A stretch of DNA of 64,000 nt from an uncultured archaeon (GCA_963817525.1 CAWFOU010000007.1:288001-352000); one strand, 5' to 3'. Shown: positions 29,970 to 41,235, counted from the stretch's first letter. Notes: generated by a model from the sequence alone, not told the origin. A program made the numbers and translations.

Positions 29970-30111
29970 GCCCGTAGGCCGCGAGGCCTGCGCGTGACTA
30001 CGATGGTCGGCCCATGCGGGTCGACCATGTCTCTCCCTTTTTAATTTCAAAGTTGCCGCCTTTTGCCCCCTCGAAAAGTCGAATAACCTGCGGCCGCACA
30101 GGGTAGAGAGA

Positions 30112-30957
30112 TTGGGCCTGCCTCTAGTGACGGTCGACGCGTTCACCGACGCCCGGTTCTCGGGCAACCCCGCGGCAGTCTGCGTCCTCCCGCCCGGGAA
30201 GGGGGAGGAGACGGAGTGGATGCAGAGGGTCGCTATGGAGATGAACCTCTCGGAGACGGCGTTTCTACGTCGACGCGGGGTCGTCCAGGGGATGCCCTCC
30301 TACGACCTGCGTTGGTTCACCCCGACCGTGGAGGTCGACCTCTGCGGACACGCCACCCTCGCGAGCGCGCACGTGCTGTGGGAGGAGGGCCACGTCCCTG
30401 GCAAGGAGAAGCTCCGCTTCCAGACGAGGAGCGGCGTCCTGACGGCTGAGAGGCGGACGAAAGGCGGGGAGGTTTGGATCCAGCTCGACTTCCCCGCGGG
30501 GCAGGAGCGGCCGTTCGAGGGCTCGACCGACGTCCTCACCGAGGCGCTGGGCGCCAAGCCCGTCCACGCGGGAGCCTACGACTCGGACTACCTGGTAGAG
30601 GTGGAGGGCGAGGACGTGTTGAAGGGGCTCTCCCCGAAGCTCGACCTCCTGAAGACGCTGCCCGTCCGAGGGGTCGCCGTCACGTCCACCCCGAGCGACT
30701 CCACGAAGGCGAAGGGCTACGACTTTGTCTCGAGGTTCTTCGCCCCTGGGGTAGGGGTGGGCGAGGACCCCGTCACGGGCTCCGCGCACTGCTACCTCGG
30801 CCCCTTCTGGGGTCGGCGCCTCGGGAAGGACGAGGTTCTGGGCTATCAGGCGTCAGCGCGGGGGGGCTTCGTGAGGGTGACCATGCGCGGCGACCGCGTC
30901 CTCCTCGGTGGGAAGGCCGTCACGGCGATGCGCGGGGAACTGGACGAGGACAGCTAG
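30112..30957 (+). CDS. PhzF-family isomerase/epimerase
   Basis: VDAFTDARFSGNPAAV, NLSETAF, EVDLCGHATLA, EDPVTGSA. Confidence 0.93.
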   Translation: MGLPLVTVDAFTDARFSGNPAAVCVLPPGKGEETEWMQRVAMEMNLSETAFLRRRGVVQGMPSYDLRWFTPTVEVDLCGHATLASAHVLWEEGHVPGKEKLRFQTRSGVLTAERRTKGGEVWIQLDFPAGQERPFEGSTDVLTEALGAKPVHAGAYDSDYLVEVEGEDVLKGLSPKLDLLKTLPVRGVAVTSTPSDSTKAKGYDFVSRFFAPGVGVGEDPVTGSAHCYLGPFWGRRLGKDEVLGYQASARGGFVRVTMRGDRVLLGGKAVTAMRGELDEDS

Positions 30958-30995
30958 GTTATTATCCGAGCGAGCATTTCCAGAGATGCGAGACC

Positions 30996-31130
30996 ATGCC
31001 GACTTGCCCCAAGTGCGGGAAGATGATTAGCGCCCAGAGGTATTCGAGGCACCTGAAGCGCTGCGGCACGACCCACAAGAACAAGAGCAAAGTCCTCGAC
31101 CACCCTGACAACTTCTTTATGAAGATCTGA
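30996..31130 (+). CDS. 44-aa C2HC zinc-finger microprotein
   Basis: MPTCPKCGKMISAQRYSRHLKRCG...; own ATG 38 bp after the PhzF stop. Confidence 0.65.
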   Translation: MPTCPKCGKMISAQRYSRHLKRCGTTHKNKSKVLDHPDNFFMKI

Positions 31131-31164
31131 GTCCCTTGAGACCTTGGACTCGGCGTAAGCGAGC

Positions 31165-32439
31165 CTAGGCCCTGGAGGCTCGTCTCAGAAGGGCGAGGCG
31201 CGTGGTGCGGAAGACAATCCCAGCCGCGAGGATTGCCAGGCCGATGCCTATCTCCTCGGGGGCGAGCGAGAAGGCCAAGAGGAGGCACCCCACCAGGCCT
31301 GCTACGGCAAGGACACGCGGGAACATCCGCTGGTCCTTGGCGAGCCTCAACGCGGAGAGGTTCGTCACGGTGTAATACAGGAGCGTCCCGAAGCTCGAGA
31401 CGGCCACCGCCACTTCGAACGGGGCGAAGGCCGCCACCAGGATGGAGATGACGCCGACGAAGAGCACGCTCCGCCAGGGGTTCTGCCCGGCGCCCAAGCG
31501 CGCCAGCCCCGATGGAAGGTCGGACTCGCGGCCCATCGCGAACGCCACGCGAGAGACCCCGAGCAGGTCGGACAGGCCCTCGTTGAAGGTGGTGAGGAGG
31601 GCACCAGCGGCGACGACCGCGACCCCGAATCCGCTGCTGACGGCGATCATGGTCTCCTCAAGAGGCGAAGACGACAGGGAGAGGCGCGTGGCGCCCAACA
31701 CCGCGAGCACCGTGGTGGCGACGAGGAGGTAGAGGAGGGTTGCCGTGCCGAGCGCTATCACCGTCGCCCTCGGGATGGTGTGCCTCGGGTTGTGGACCTC
31801 CTCGACGAGCGTGGCGATGCGGCTGTATCCTGTGTACGCGAAGAAGAGGAGACCAGTAGCCTGCAGTATCCCCGCCACCCCTCCAGGCGCGAAGGGAGAG
31901 AGGTTCGAGGCTCGGGCGCCGGGGAGCCCGATCACGACCACCGCCAAGAGGGAGAGGACCGACAGGACCACGACGGCGTCGGTGACCCTGACCGTGCGGC
32001 GTATCCCCGCCGCATTGATGGCCGTCATGGCCAGCGCCGCGACGACCGCCGCGTCACGCGCGGGGACTGCGCCTACCACCGCGTTGAGGTAGCCTCCGAA
32101 GGCTATGGCGATCGCTCCAGGGCCTACCGTGTTCGCGACCAGGAACATCCATCCGGCCGAGAAGCCCCACCACGGACCCATCATCTTCCGGCCGAACGCG
32201 TAGGTCCCTCCCGTCCGGGGGAGGACGGCCGCCAGCTGGGCCGAGGAGAGAGCGTTGCAGAGCGCCACGAACGCCCCTATGACGAAGGAGACGAGCAGGG
32301 CGGGGCCGGCTATCTTGGCCGCGGGCGCAATGACCGCGAAGATCCCAGCGCCGAGGATCGCGGCGAGGCCCGTGGCCACGGCGTCGAAGAACCCGAGCTG
32401 AGGGCGGAGGGTGCGGTCACCTTCCCCTGGCTTCCCCAC
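31165..32439 (-). CDS. APC-family amino acid permease
   Basis: ILGAGIF, PRTGGTYAF, FAYTGY, EEVHNPRHTIPRA; ~12 TM helices; probable GTG start at 32439. Confidence 0.9.
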   Translation of the reverse strand: MGKPGEGDRTLRPQLGFFDAVATGLAAILGAGIFAVIAPAAKIAGPALLVSFVIGAFVALCNALSSAQLAAVLPRTGGTYAFGRKMMGPWWGFSAGWMFLVANTVGPGAIAIAFGGYLNAVVGAVPARDAAVVAALAMTAINAAGIRRTVRVTDAVVVLSVLSLLAVVVIGLPGARASNLSPFAPGGVAGILQATGLLFFAYTGYSRIATLVEEVHNPRHTIPRATVIALGTATLLYLLVATTVLAVLGATRLSLSSSPLEETMIAVSSGFGVAVVAAGALLTTFNEGLSDLLGVSRVAFAMGRESDLPSGLARLGAGQNPWRSVLFVGVISILVAAFAPFEVAVAVSSFGTLLYYTVTNLSALRLAKDQRMFPRVLAVAGLVGCLLLAFSLAPEEIGIGLAILAAGIVFRTTRLALLRRASRA

Positions 32440-32578
32440 AGGGGTCCTTGGCAGTCCAAGGTATAATTGCGAATTGCTGCGGGCCGGGCGCAGCCGCGGC
32501 AAAAGGGCGACCGGAAGGCCCCGCGCCGCCCTAATACCCAAATAGCTTGAAGGGCCTCGGGAGGACGGGACACCGATC

Positions 32579-33442
32579 ATGATTCCAAAGCCCTTCGATT
32601 ACTACGCGCCCGCCTCGCTCGGCGAGGCCATGCGCCTCCTCGGGGAAAACGAAGAGGCGAAGCTGCTCGCGGGCGGCCAAAGCCTGCTCCCTATGATGAA
32701 GCTCAGGCTGGCGGCGCCGACCGCCCTGGTGGACATCACAAAGATAGCTGACCTGTCCTACGTCCGGGACGAAGGGGGCCACGTCGCGATAGGGGCACTC
32801 ACCACGCACGACACCGTCGAGCGCGATGAGACGGTCGCGAAGAGGCTCGCCGCCCTGCACGACGCGGTCTTCAGGATAGGAGACCAGCAGGTCAGGAACC
32901 GGGGGACCATCGGAGGCAGCGCGTGCCACGCCGACCCCGCGGCGGACCTGCCGACGGCCCTCCTCGCTCTGGACGCGCAGTTCGTCATCCAGGGGAGGCA
33001 GGGGACGAGGATGGTCCCAGCGCGGGACTTCTTCGTCGACATATTCGCGACCGCGGTGTCGCAGGACGAGATACTCACGGAGATACGCATCCCCCACCTT
33101 CCCCCGTGGTCGGCCTCCGCCTACATGAAGCACGGCTTGAGGGAGGCCGACTTTGCTATCGCGATGGTGGGGGCGGCGCTGACCCTGGACAGGGGGGACG
33201 CGTGCAAGGAGGTCAGGCTGGCCATAGGCTCCGCCGGGCCGACGCCGATAAGGGCGGCGGGCGCGGAGGGATACCTCCGGGGCAAGGTCCTCGACGACCA
33301 GACGATAGGGGTCGCCGCCGAGATGGCCGTGGAGGGGGCAGACCCCCCGTCGGACGTGCACGGCAGCAGGGAGTACAGGCTCGAGGCGACCAAGGTGCTC
33401 ACGGGGAGGGCTCTCAGGCTAGCCCTGAGCAGGGTGAAGTGA
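32579..33442 (+). CDS. xanthine dehydrogenase/CoxM-family FAD subunit
   Basis: [33 protein letters not shown]. Confidence 0.93.
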   Translation: MIPKPFDYYAPASLGEAMRLLGENEEAKLLAGGQSLLPMMKLRLAAPTALVDITKIADLSYVRDEGGHVAIGALTTHDTVERDETVAKRLAALHDAVFRIGDQQVRNRGTIGGSACHADPAADLPTALLALDAQFVIQGRQGTRMVPARDFFVDIFATAVSQDEILTEIRIPHLPPWSASAYMKHGLREADFAIAMVGAALTLDRGDACKEVRLAIGSAGPTPIRAAGAEGYLRGKVLDDQTIGVAAEMAVEGADPPSDVHGSREYRLEATKVLTGRALRLALSRVK

Positions 33443-33453
33443 GGGTGGGGGAG

Positions 33454-33954
33454 ATGCAGTGGGCAAAGACGGGGCCGGCGAAGGTCGGGATGAGGGTGAA
33501 CGGCACGGAGGTCAGCGGGTCGGTCGAGCCCAGGACCCTCCTGGTCAGCTTCATCAGGGACGACCTCGAGCTGACCGGGACCCACGTGGGCTGCGACACC
33601 GGGCACTGCGGGGCCTGCACGGTCATGATGGACGGCAAGACGGTGAAGTCCTGCATGGTCCTCGCGGTCCAAGCCCAGGGCTCCGACATCCTCACCGTGG
33701 AGGGACTCTCGGAGGGGGACGAGCTCCACCCGATCCAGGAGGCCTTCAGGAAGAACCACGGCCTCCAGTGCGGATTCTGCACACCGGGCCTGCTGATGTC
33801 AGGCCTGTACCTCCTGAAGAGGAACCCCGACCCGAGCGAGGAGGAGATCAGGAGGGCGATCGAGGGGAACCTCTGCAGGTGCACAGGATACGTGAACGTG
33901 GTAAAGTCGATACGCGCCGCCTCGAAGGGCGGGAAGAAGGGGGGCCGGGCATGA
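33454..33954 (+). CDS. CoxS-family 2x[2Fe-2S] subunit
   Basis: [28 protein letters not shown]; ATG at 33454. Confidence 0.93.
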   Translation: MQWAKTGPAKVGMRVNGTEVSGSVEPRTLLVSFIRDDLELTGTHVGCDTGHCGACTVMMDGKTVKSCMVLAVQAQGSDILTVEGLSEGDELHPIQEAFRKNHGLQCGFCTPGLLMSGLYLLKRNPDPSEEEIRRAIEGNLCRCTGYVNVVKSIRAASKGGKKGGRA

Positions 33955-36428
33955 CCCTGAGCGTCGCGGCCCCGAAGACGGCCGTGGAGGCGCCGGAGGG
34001 GAGGTTGGAGGACAGGAGGCTTCTCACGGGAAAGGGGAGGTTTGTAGACGACCTCAGGCTCGAAGGCCAGGCCTACATGGGGCTGGTCCGGAGCACCTAC
34101 GCCCACGCGAAGATACTCGGCATCGACTTTTCAAAGGCGCGCGAGTCGCCGGACTTCATCGCGTCACTGACTGGGGAGGACCTCCTCAAGGAGGGCGTCG
34201 CCCCGCTGACGCAGAACCCCTGGCCCTTCCAGAAGCGCGCGAAGAGATACCACCTGGCCGTGGGCAAGGCTAGGTTCCAGGGCGAGCCGGTGGCGGCCAT
34301 ACTCGTCAGGAGGAAGAGCTCGGTCGAGGACCTCGTCGAGATGGTCGAGGTGGACTACGAGTCGCTCCCCGTGGTCACGACGATAGAGGAGTCGAAGGAG
34401 GGCAAGGCGCTGGTCTACGAGGACTGGGGGGACAACGCGTCGCTCGCGAGCGAGGTCAAGAAGGGGGACGCGGACAAGGCGATAGCCTCGGCGGCGCACG
34501 TGGTGCGCGTCAAGGAGGGGATAGCCAGGCAGGTGGCCGCGCCAATCGAGCCCCACGCGGTGCTGGTCTCCTACGACAGCAAGGGTGACTACTACGACGT
34601 GTGGGCGACCGTGCAGACGGTCCACGGGACACGGGACAAGCTCGCCGCCGAGCTCAAGAAGCCGAAAGAGAAGTTCCACGTGAGGGTGCTCGACGTCGGG
34701 GGAGGGTTCGGGAGCAAGGGGGCGCAATCGTACCCCGAGGCGCCGCTCGCTTGCATATTCGCGAGGAGGACGGGCCTCCCGGTGAAGTGGACCGCGACCA
34801 GGAGCGAGGAGTTCCTCGAGGCGGCGGCCGGGAGGGACGAGTACGCAGACGTCACCCTGGCGTGCACCGAGGACGGCAGGATGGTAGCGGTGAAGGCGAG
34901 CGTCGAGTGCGACTCAGGCGTGACAGGGACGCAGGCGCACATGCCCACGATGACGATAGAGTCGATGCTCGGCCCATACAAAATCCCGAACCAGGACCTG
35001 ATAGTCGCCGCGTACGCCACGAACAAGATGCCCATAGGTCCGGTCAGGGGGGCGGGCGTGCCCGAGGGGTGTTACTTCATGGAGCGCGCCGTCGACGCGA
35101 TGGCGAGGAAGCTCGGCCTCGACCCGATAGAGTTCAGGAGGAGGAACCTGCCGCGGCGCGAGGGGCCGTCCGAGGGCGAGGCGGACTTTGAGCAGCTCCT
35201 GGATGCGCTGGTCAGGTCGTCGCGCTACGAGGAGCTCCGGGGATGGAGGGTCGAGATGCTTTCGAGGTTCAGGCAGAGCGGGCCTTCGCGGTCGACCGAG
35301 GTGGTCGGGCTGGGGGTCTCGATCACCGGCGGCGAGGAAGACGAAGAGGAGGACGAGGACTGGGGGAACGAGGGCAGTGACGCTGAAGGGGCAGAGAAGT
35401 GGAGCGGAGGAGGAGGCTCCGGGGGCCAGTGGCCAGCGAAGCCCCCCGATGGGCAGGAGGCTTGGAAGCCCGGTGGGCAGTCCTCCGGAGGGAACTGGCC
35501 CAAGGCAGGGGAGGAGACGCTGAGCTTCATGAGCGAGACCGCCAGGGTGGCGATGGACAAGGGCGGGAGGGTGACGGTCTACACCGGCTCCTCCCCGCAC
35601 GGGCAGGGGGAGGAGACGACCTTCGCACAGCTTGCCGCGGATGAGCTGGGTGTCCCGCTCGAGAACGTCAGGGTGGTGTGGGGGGACACGGTCCTCATCC
35701 CGAGGGGGATAGGCACCTTCGGCAGCAGGTCTGCGGCGACCGGGGGGAGCGCGGTCGTGGACGCATGCCGCAAGCTGAAGGCCCAGCTCCTCGGCAAGGC
35801 ATCCGAGACACTCGGGGCCGACGCAAAGTCGCTGGAGATCCGCGGGGGCTTCGTGGTGATAGCTTCCCGCCCGGACGAGCCGCTCGCGAGCCTGATGGAG
35901 GTCGTGCAGAAGCAGGGAGACGAGGAGGTCTCGGCGAGCTCGGTCTTCACCCTCAGCGACCTCAGCTACTCGAGTGGGGTGCACCTCTGCGTGGTCACCC
36001 TGGACGTCGAGCTGGGCAAGGTGAGGATCGCGAAGTACTTCGTGGTGGAGGACTGCGGGAGGATGATAAACAAGACCATCGTGGAGGGGCAGCTGCACGG
36101 GGGCGTGGTCCACGCGGTGGGTGGCGCCCTCTTTGAGAGGCTCGCCTACGACTCCGAGGGGAACCTCCTCAGCTCGACGTTCATGGACTACAACATCCCC
36201 ACTGCGCTCGACAGCCCGGACGTCGAGGTCGCCCATCAGGTGACGCCGTCTACTGTGACGCTGACGGGAGTGAAGGGCGTGGGGGAGAGCGGGACTAACG
36301 GTGCCTACGCCGCGGTCATCAACGCCGTGAACGACGCCATCTCGCAGGTCAAGCCGGGGGCGGAGATCAACGTGGCTCCCGCCACGCCCGACGCGATATT
36401 CCGCGTCCTCAGCCAGAGCGGCGCCTAG
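33951..36428 (+). CDS. xanthine oxidase-family molybdopterin large subunit (CoxL-like, not form I CODH)
   Basis: [36 protein letters not shown]; ATGA overlap with the small subunit. Confidence 0.92.
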   Translation: MTLSVAAPKTAVEAPEGRLEDRRLLTGKGRFVDDLRLEGQAYMGLVRSTYAHAKILGIDFSKARESPDFIASLTGEDLLKEGVAPLTQNPWPFQKRAKRYHLAVGKARFQGEPVAAILVRRKSSVEDLVEMVEVDYESLPVVTTIEESKEGKALVYEDWGDNASLASEVKKGDADKAIASAAHVVRVKEGIARQVAAPIEPHAVLVSYDSKGDYYDVWATVQTVHGTRDKLAAELKKPKEKFHVRVLDVGGGFGSKGAQSYPEAPLACIFARRTGLPVKWTATRSEEFLEAAAGRDEYADVTLACTEDGRMVAVKASVECDSGVTGTQAHMPTMTIESMLGPYKIPNQDLIVAAYATNKMPIGPVRGAGVPEGCYFMERAVDAMARKLGLDPIEFRRRNLPRREGPSEGEADFEQLLDALVRSSRYEELRGWRVEMLSRFRQSGPSRSTEVVGLGVSITGGEEDEEEDEDWGNEGSDAEGAEKWSGGGGSGGQWPAKPPDGQEAWKPGGQSSGGNWPKAGEETLSFMSETARVAMDKGGRVTVYTGSSPHGQGEETTFAQLAADELGVPLENVRVVWGDTVLIPRGIGTFGSRSAATGGSAVVDACRKLKAQLLGKASETLGADAKSLEIRGGFVVIASRPDEPLASLMEVVQKQGDEEVSASSVFTLSDLSYSSGVHLCVVTLDVELGKVRIAKYFVVEDCGRMINKTIVEGQLHGGVVHAVGGALFERLAYDSEGNLLSSTFMDYNIPTALDSPDVEVAHQVTPSTVTLTGVKGVGESGTNGAYAAVINAVNDAISQVKPGAEINVAPATPDAIFRVLSQSGA

Positions 36429-37421
36429 GGCCGCGGACCGCGGGCAGCACCTCGCGCCCGAAGAACCGGATTGCCCTCGATTGGTCGGGCACAGGGGAGT
36501 GGACCACGACGTGGGTTGCGCCGAGGCCGGCCAGCTCTTCTATCGCGCGCACGTGGTCGCGTGGGTCGCGGCTCACCGTCCACCCCTCGAGGACGTCCTC
36601 AAGCGAGACCTCCTTCTCGGCGCGGCCTGGATGTCGGCGGGGCTGATGTTGTCGTAGAACCCGGACGACCACGCGTTGGGGATGAAGCGCCACTTTTGCG
36701 CGGCCTCCTCCGCCTGGGCCCGGTCCCCGGCGACCGCCCAGTGCTCCACGACGATTGGTTGCAGCCCCTTCCTCCCCGCCTCCCTCGCGGCCGCGTCCCG
36801 GGCCGCCTTGAGGTCGGGCTTCTTCCTCAGGTCGCTGGCTCCCATGATCATCCCGTCGCCGTGGAGGCCGGCGATGCGCGCAGACTTGGGGCCTCCGGCG
36901 GCGATGTAGATCGGTATCGGGGAGGCCGGGGGGTCGTAGAGCCTCGCGTCGACGCTCCAGAACTCCCCCTCGGCCTTCACTGGGTCGCCCGTCCAGAGGG
37001 CGCGGATGATCCCCACGCTCTCGACGAGCCTGGAGGCCCGCTCCTGGTATCTCCCCCAGCCCCCTCCCGCGGCGCCCTCGTTGAGGTTCTCTCCCGCGCC
37101 GACGCCCAGGAAGACCCGCCCAGGCGCCAGCTGGCTGAGCGATCCCCAGGCCTGGGCGACCACCGCGGGGCGGTAGCGGAAGGAGGGGCAGGTGACGCCG
37201 GTGCCCATGGTGAGCCGCGAGGTGCGCTGGGTCAGGGCCGCGAGGGTGACCCAGGCTGACCCGGAGTGACCCTCGTTGGGCTGCCAAGGCTGGAAGTGGT
37301 CGCTGGTCCACACGCCGTCGAACCCCGCTCGCTCGGCCTCCTGCCCGCACTTGACCAGCTGAGGCACGGCGAACTGCTCGCTCGAGAGGACGTAGTAGAC
37401 AAGGGGCCTTGGCCCTTTCAT
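36409..37421 (-). CDS. LLM-class F420-dependent oxidoreductase (G6PDH-like); frameshift near 36625
   Basis: SSEQF, SDHFQPW, GTGVTCP, GAGENLNE; C-terminus (FFGREVLP) in the frame of track ORF 36409..37350. Confidence 0.85.
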
Positions 37422-38917
37422 GGCCTCAGCCACCCCAGCTTGATGAAGCAGTAGCCGACGAAGGCCATGCTGAACACGATGACCGCCACTATCTGCCAGA
37501 GGTCGAAGGTGTAGGGCACGTCGAGCAGGTTCATGCCCAAGATCCCCCCTATCGCGGAGGGGATGATGGCGAGGGCCGTGATGACCGCCAGTATCTTCAG
37601 TATCCTGTTCGTCTCGTAGGAGGACTGGTTGATGTAGAGGTCGATGATCGTGCGCAGCTGGTCGATGATGTCGTCAGCGATGTCGTTCAGGAAGGATGTC
37701 TCGTCCTGAAGAGCCTTGAAGTCCTCCTCAGCGCTCTCGCCGAACCCCGCGAGCGGGACGCGCTTGGATATCACGACGCCCAGGAGCTCCTTGAAATGCA
37801 CCATGTTCGAGGTCAGCCTGGTCACCTCCTTGTTGAGGCCATACATCCTCTGTAAAAAGTCGCGGGGGAGTTTCGACCTCGGCGTGCCACCTATCCTCGT
37901 GGCCTCGAGCTCTATCTCCATGAAGATCGACCTGTACTCCTTCAGCGTGGCTTCGAGGATGCCGTATAGCACTGAGGCCGTGAATCCGTGCTGGTCCAGG
38001 CGCTTCTGCACCTCGGCGAGGAACTTGGTGAACATGTCGATCCCGGGTGGTGAGGCAGAGATTATCTTGGGGCCTCTGCAGATTATCAGCTCCCCCCGCC
38101 TCGCGATTGTGAGGTAGCTGTCGGCGCGCTCGGGGTATTTGATCGTCCCCGACTGCAGGAAGATGAAGGACATCTCTTGGACCTTGTCGACGTGGGGGTA
38201 GATCTCGTCGACGTGCTTCGCCTTGAAGTGGTGAGAAGGCACGCGGAGCATGGCGCTGAGCCTGAGAACCCCCTCCTCCGTGATGTTGTGGATGTCTATC
38301 CATTCTTGGTCCTTCGTGGCGAGGTGCTTCTCCAGGTCTTCCCAAGAAAGGTCGTCGTGCTCAGTGGTCAGGTCGGAGGAGACCTGGCGGATGACGGTGA
38401 GGGGCGGCTTTGCCTCGACGGTGGGCGCTGGCTCTGGCGTCCTAATCCTGCTGCCGGCGGTCCGGCTGCCCACGGCCAAGGCCCGCGGCAGCCTCAGGAG
38501 CCGAAGGAGGAGTGAGGAGGAGCCAGCGCTCCCGGAGCGGAGGAGCGGGAGGTAGGAGACGAAAGAAAGCAGGATGACGGCGAGGTCCAGCAGGTGCCAG
38601 GGCGACCTGAAATACTCCCACCTGCTTTTGGCGAGATACAGCTTGGCGGAGTACTCGAGGGTGAAGAGAAGGATCACCGTCACGTCGCAGATCTCGAAGA
38701 AGGTCAGCACGGGCACGGAGAAGCTGACGAAGAACGGAAGGACGATGACGGGTACGAGTATGACCGATAGGAAGGCCATGAACTTGTCGGAGAGCACCGA
38801 GTCGACGGTCTCTCTCAGGTCCTTTCTCGGATCTTCCTTCCTGACGAATATAGAGCGCGGGAGGAGGTCGTCGTCGACGTCGTCTTCACCTGTCTGCCTC
38901 GGGACGTCGTCGGGCAT
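37418..38917 (-). CDS. corA: CorA-family divalent cation transporter with N-terminal ion-channel S1-S4-like domain
   Basis: C-terminal two TM helices with GMN motif; N-terminal FTLEY...YFRSPWHLLDL...LRLLRLPR. Confidence 0.85.
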   Translation of the reverse strand: MPDDVPRQTGEDDVDDDLLPRSIFVRKEDPRKDLRETVDSVLSDKFMAFLSVILVPVIVLPFFVSFSVPVLTFFEICDVTVILLFTLEYSAKLYLAKSRWEYFRSPWHLLDLAVILLSFVSYLPLLRSGSAGSSSLLLRLLRLPRALAVGSRTAGSRIRTPEPAPTVEAKPPLTVIRQVSSDLTTEHDDLSWEDLEKHLATKDQEWIDIHNITEEGVLRLSAMLRVPSHHFKAKHVDEIYPHVDKVQEMSFIFLQSGTIKYPERADSYLTIARRGELIICRGPKIISASPPGIDMFTKFLAEVQKRLDQHGFTASVLYGILEATLKEYRSIFMEIELEATRIGGTPRSKLPRDFLQRMYGLNKEVTRLTSNMVHFKELLGVVISKRVPLAGFGESAEEDFKALQDETSFLNDIADDIIDQLRTIIDLYINQSSYETNRILKILAVITALAIIPSAIGGILGMNLLDVPYTFDLWQIVAVIVFSMAFVGYCFIKLGWLRP

Positions 38918-38982
38918 CTTAGCTCCTTGCCTCGTTCCCGCAGGGTCACGCTAAATAAACATCCGGCGGCGCGGGCCGCAGC

Positions 38983-39528
38983 CTACTCGGTCGACCCGGG
39001 AGAAAGAAAGAGCTGGTAGAAGGCCACGTCCTGCCACCTTGAGAACTTGAACCCCACTTCCCTGAAGTTGCCGACGTAGGCGAACCCGGACCCCTGGTGG
39101 AGCCTCACGCTCGCCTCGTTGGGAGGGACAATGGCCGCGATGACCGTGTGATACCCGAGGCGGACAGCCCTCGCGAGGATCCCCTTCAACAGTATCTTCC
39201 CCACCCCCTTCCCTCGGGCGTCCTTGTGGACGTAGACCGAGTCCTCCACGGACTTTGAGTATCCGGGCTTGTCCCTGAAGCTGGAGAGGCTCGCGTAGCC
39301 GAGGATTCTGCCCTGGCTCTCGGCGACGATCAGGGGATGCCGCCCTCCATGCTCGGAGAACCACCTCGCGCGCTGGCGGAGGGTCTGCGGCTCCAGGTCG
39401 AAGGTGGCGGGCAACTTGGCGATTGCGTCGTTGTAGATCTCGAGGAGCGCGGGAAGGTCTCGCTTCCTCGCGTCCCTGACCACGATGCCCTCGGCGGCGC
39501 GAGTTCTCCGACGGTGCCCAGCAGTCAT
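38983..39528 (-). CDS. GNAT N-acetyltransferase (phosphinothricin/YncA-like)
   Basis: LLEIYN, SVYVHKDARGKGVG, NEASVRLH, EVGFKFSRWQD. Confidence 0.9.
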   Translation of the reverse strand: MTAGHRRRTRAAEGIVVRDARKRDLPALLEIYNDAIAKLPATFDLEPQTLRQRARWFSEHGGRHPLIVAESQGRILGYASLSSFRDKPGYSKSVEDSVYVHKDARGKGVGKILLKGILARAVRLGYHTVIAAIVPPNEASVRLHQGSGFAYVGNFREVGFKFSRWQDVAFYQLFLSPGSTE

Positions 39529-39642
39529 CCGCTTTCGCTTGTATGGCTCTGGGTGTCGAAGTATATCAGGTGTTGAGCCGCAAAACCGCTTGAGATAGAC
39601 CATAACCTCTTCCTGCCCCGCGTGGCAGTCGGGGGAGGGCGC

Positions 39643-40896
39643 CTACTCGAGCGCGTGGCGCTGGGGCGCGGCGACGCCCTCTTCGGCCGAGCGCGCCTCT
39701 GGCGCCGCGAGGGCCTCGGCTTCACGCATCTTGCGGAGGGCGATCTTCGAGGCAATGGGGGACACCACCGTCGTGATGATCCCTATGCAGACGACCAGAG
39801 AGAAGGACGCTTGGTCTATCAGCCCGAGCTGGTAGGCGGTCGTCGAGACGACCAACTCGACGAAGCCGCGGGAGTTCATCAGGAAGCCTATGGTGCGGCT
39901 CTCCGCTTCGAGGAACCCGACCGCCCGCGCGCCCGCGTAGCCGCCGAAGAACTTGGACGCGACGGCCGCGGCTAGGAGGGCGCCGAGGATCTCCAGGCCC
40001 GTCGCAGTGGGCACGACGAACTCTAGCCCGATGAAGGCGAAAGTGATGGGGGCGAAGAAGCCGAAGGTGATCCCGTGGAAGACGTCGTTGGCCTTCCCGA
40101 GGGCTTCGGCCCCGAAGGCGTCTCCGAGAAGAAGCCCGGCGAAGAACGCCCCGATGACGAACTGCAGGCCCGCCGACTGCGCGAACAGGGAGACGCCGAC
40201 AGCGAACGTCACGAGCCCGATTAAGGCCGACCCCGGCGCGCGTATGTGCGGGCTGAGCTTGGCCGCCCGCGCGCGGATCCACGTCATGCGGCTCCTGATC
40301 AGCCTCTCGGAAACAAAGATCACCGCGAGGAAACCGACGGCTTCGCCAGAGCCGACGAGGACCGCCTGACTGACGCCTCCGTGGCCGGCGGCATAGTCCT
40401 GGATTACCGCGAGAACTATGAAGGCGACGATGTCGTCTATCACGCCCGCGGCTATCACGGTCTGGCCCAGCTTGGTGTCGAGTATCCCGAGCTCCATGAG
40501 GACTATCGCGTTGACGGGGACCGCCGTGATGGATATGGCGAGCCCGACGACGAGGGAGGTGGTCATGTCGGCCCCGAACAAATGGGCTATCTCCGTGCCG
40601 GCGGCGAACGGGATCGCGAACGAGACAAGCGAGACGACGAGAGCGCGGCGCCCCGCCGCGGTCAACTCGCGAGGTTTGACGGTCATCCCGGTGAGGAGCA
40701 TTATGAAGAAGAGTCCGAAGTCCTCGAGCACGGTCAGATTGGCCGTGGTCTGGACCAAGTTGAAGACTGCCGGCCCAATAAGGACTCCGCCAAGGAGCTG
40801 GCCAACCAGGCTGGGCTGTCCGATCCTGTGGGCGACCTCGCCCATTGCCCATGCCACGGCGAGCATGAGGAAGACTGCGTCGTAGAACTGTATCAA
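39643..40896 (-). CDS. cation:proton antiporter (CPA2)
   Basis: QPSLVGQLLGGVLIGP, AGVIDDI, GAFFAG, MNSRG. Confidence 0.9.
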   Translation of the reverse strand: MIQFYDAVFLMLAVAWAMGEVAHRIGQPSLVGQLLGGVLIGPAVFNLVQTTANLTVLEDFGLFFIMLLTGMTVKPRELTAAGRRALVVSLVSFAIPFAAGTEIAHLFGADMTTSLVVGLAISITAVPVNAIVLMELGILDTKLGQTVIAAGVIDDIVAFIVLAVIQDYAAGHGGVSQAVLVGSGEAVGFLAVIFVSERLIRSRMTWIRARAAKLSPHIRAPGSALIGLVTFAVGVSLFAQSAGLQFVIGAFFAGLLLGDAFGAEALGKANDVFHGITFGFFAPITFAFIGLEFVVPTATGLEILGALLAAAVASKFFGGYAGARAVGFLEAESRTIGFLMNSRGFVELVVSTTAYQLGLIDQASFSLVVCIGIITTVVSPIASKIALRKMREAEALAAPEARSAEEGVAAPQRHALE

Positions 40897-41126
40897 GGAA
40901 CTCTACGCCTCGACTACCGTCGGGGGCCGAACAGTGGCTCCAGGACCCTCTGCGGGTCGGCCTTTCATCACCGTTGTAGGCTGCCCCGGCACTTAAACCG
41001 TTATGATTTCCGAATCCATATCGCCAGAGCCGTTCGACCCCGCGTCCCTCTATGAGACCGAGGTATCTGGCAGGCCCATCCGTGGGTGCTCTCGCGAGCC
41101 CCGCTTCGCCCCGTGCTGCCCTTCGA

Positions 41127-41167
41127 TCAGATGTCGAAGTTAAGGGAGAAGATAACTTCTACATATC
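41127..41167 (-). repeat. att site, distal copy of the glnA 3' end with palindromic arm
   Basis: Minus strand encodes FSLNFDI*; AGATGTCGAAGT identical to 55805-55816; 34/37 nt identical to 42975-43011. Confidence 0.8.
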
Positions 41168-41235
41168 GACCAAGAACCGTACGGCATGTGCGATGGCGTG
41201 TGTGTTTATATCCCACTCTACGATAACAAAGTGGG

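Noticed and set aside
34914-36236. Long antisense or alternate-frame ORFs (also 39722..40852, 23533..24438, 60240..61205, 63243..63917)
   Set aside because: They are shadows of high-GC3 genes on the other strand or frame, Arg/Gly/Pro-rich and without motifs.
32579-36428. Aerobic CO dehydrogenase (coxMSL)
   Set aside because: The active-site loop is PVRGAG, not form I AYxCSFR, so the substrate is unknown and no gene symbols were given.
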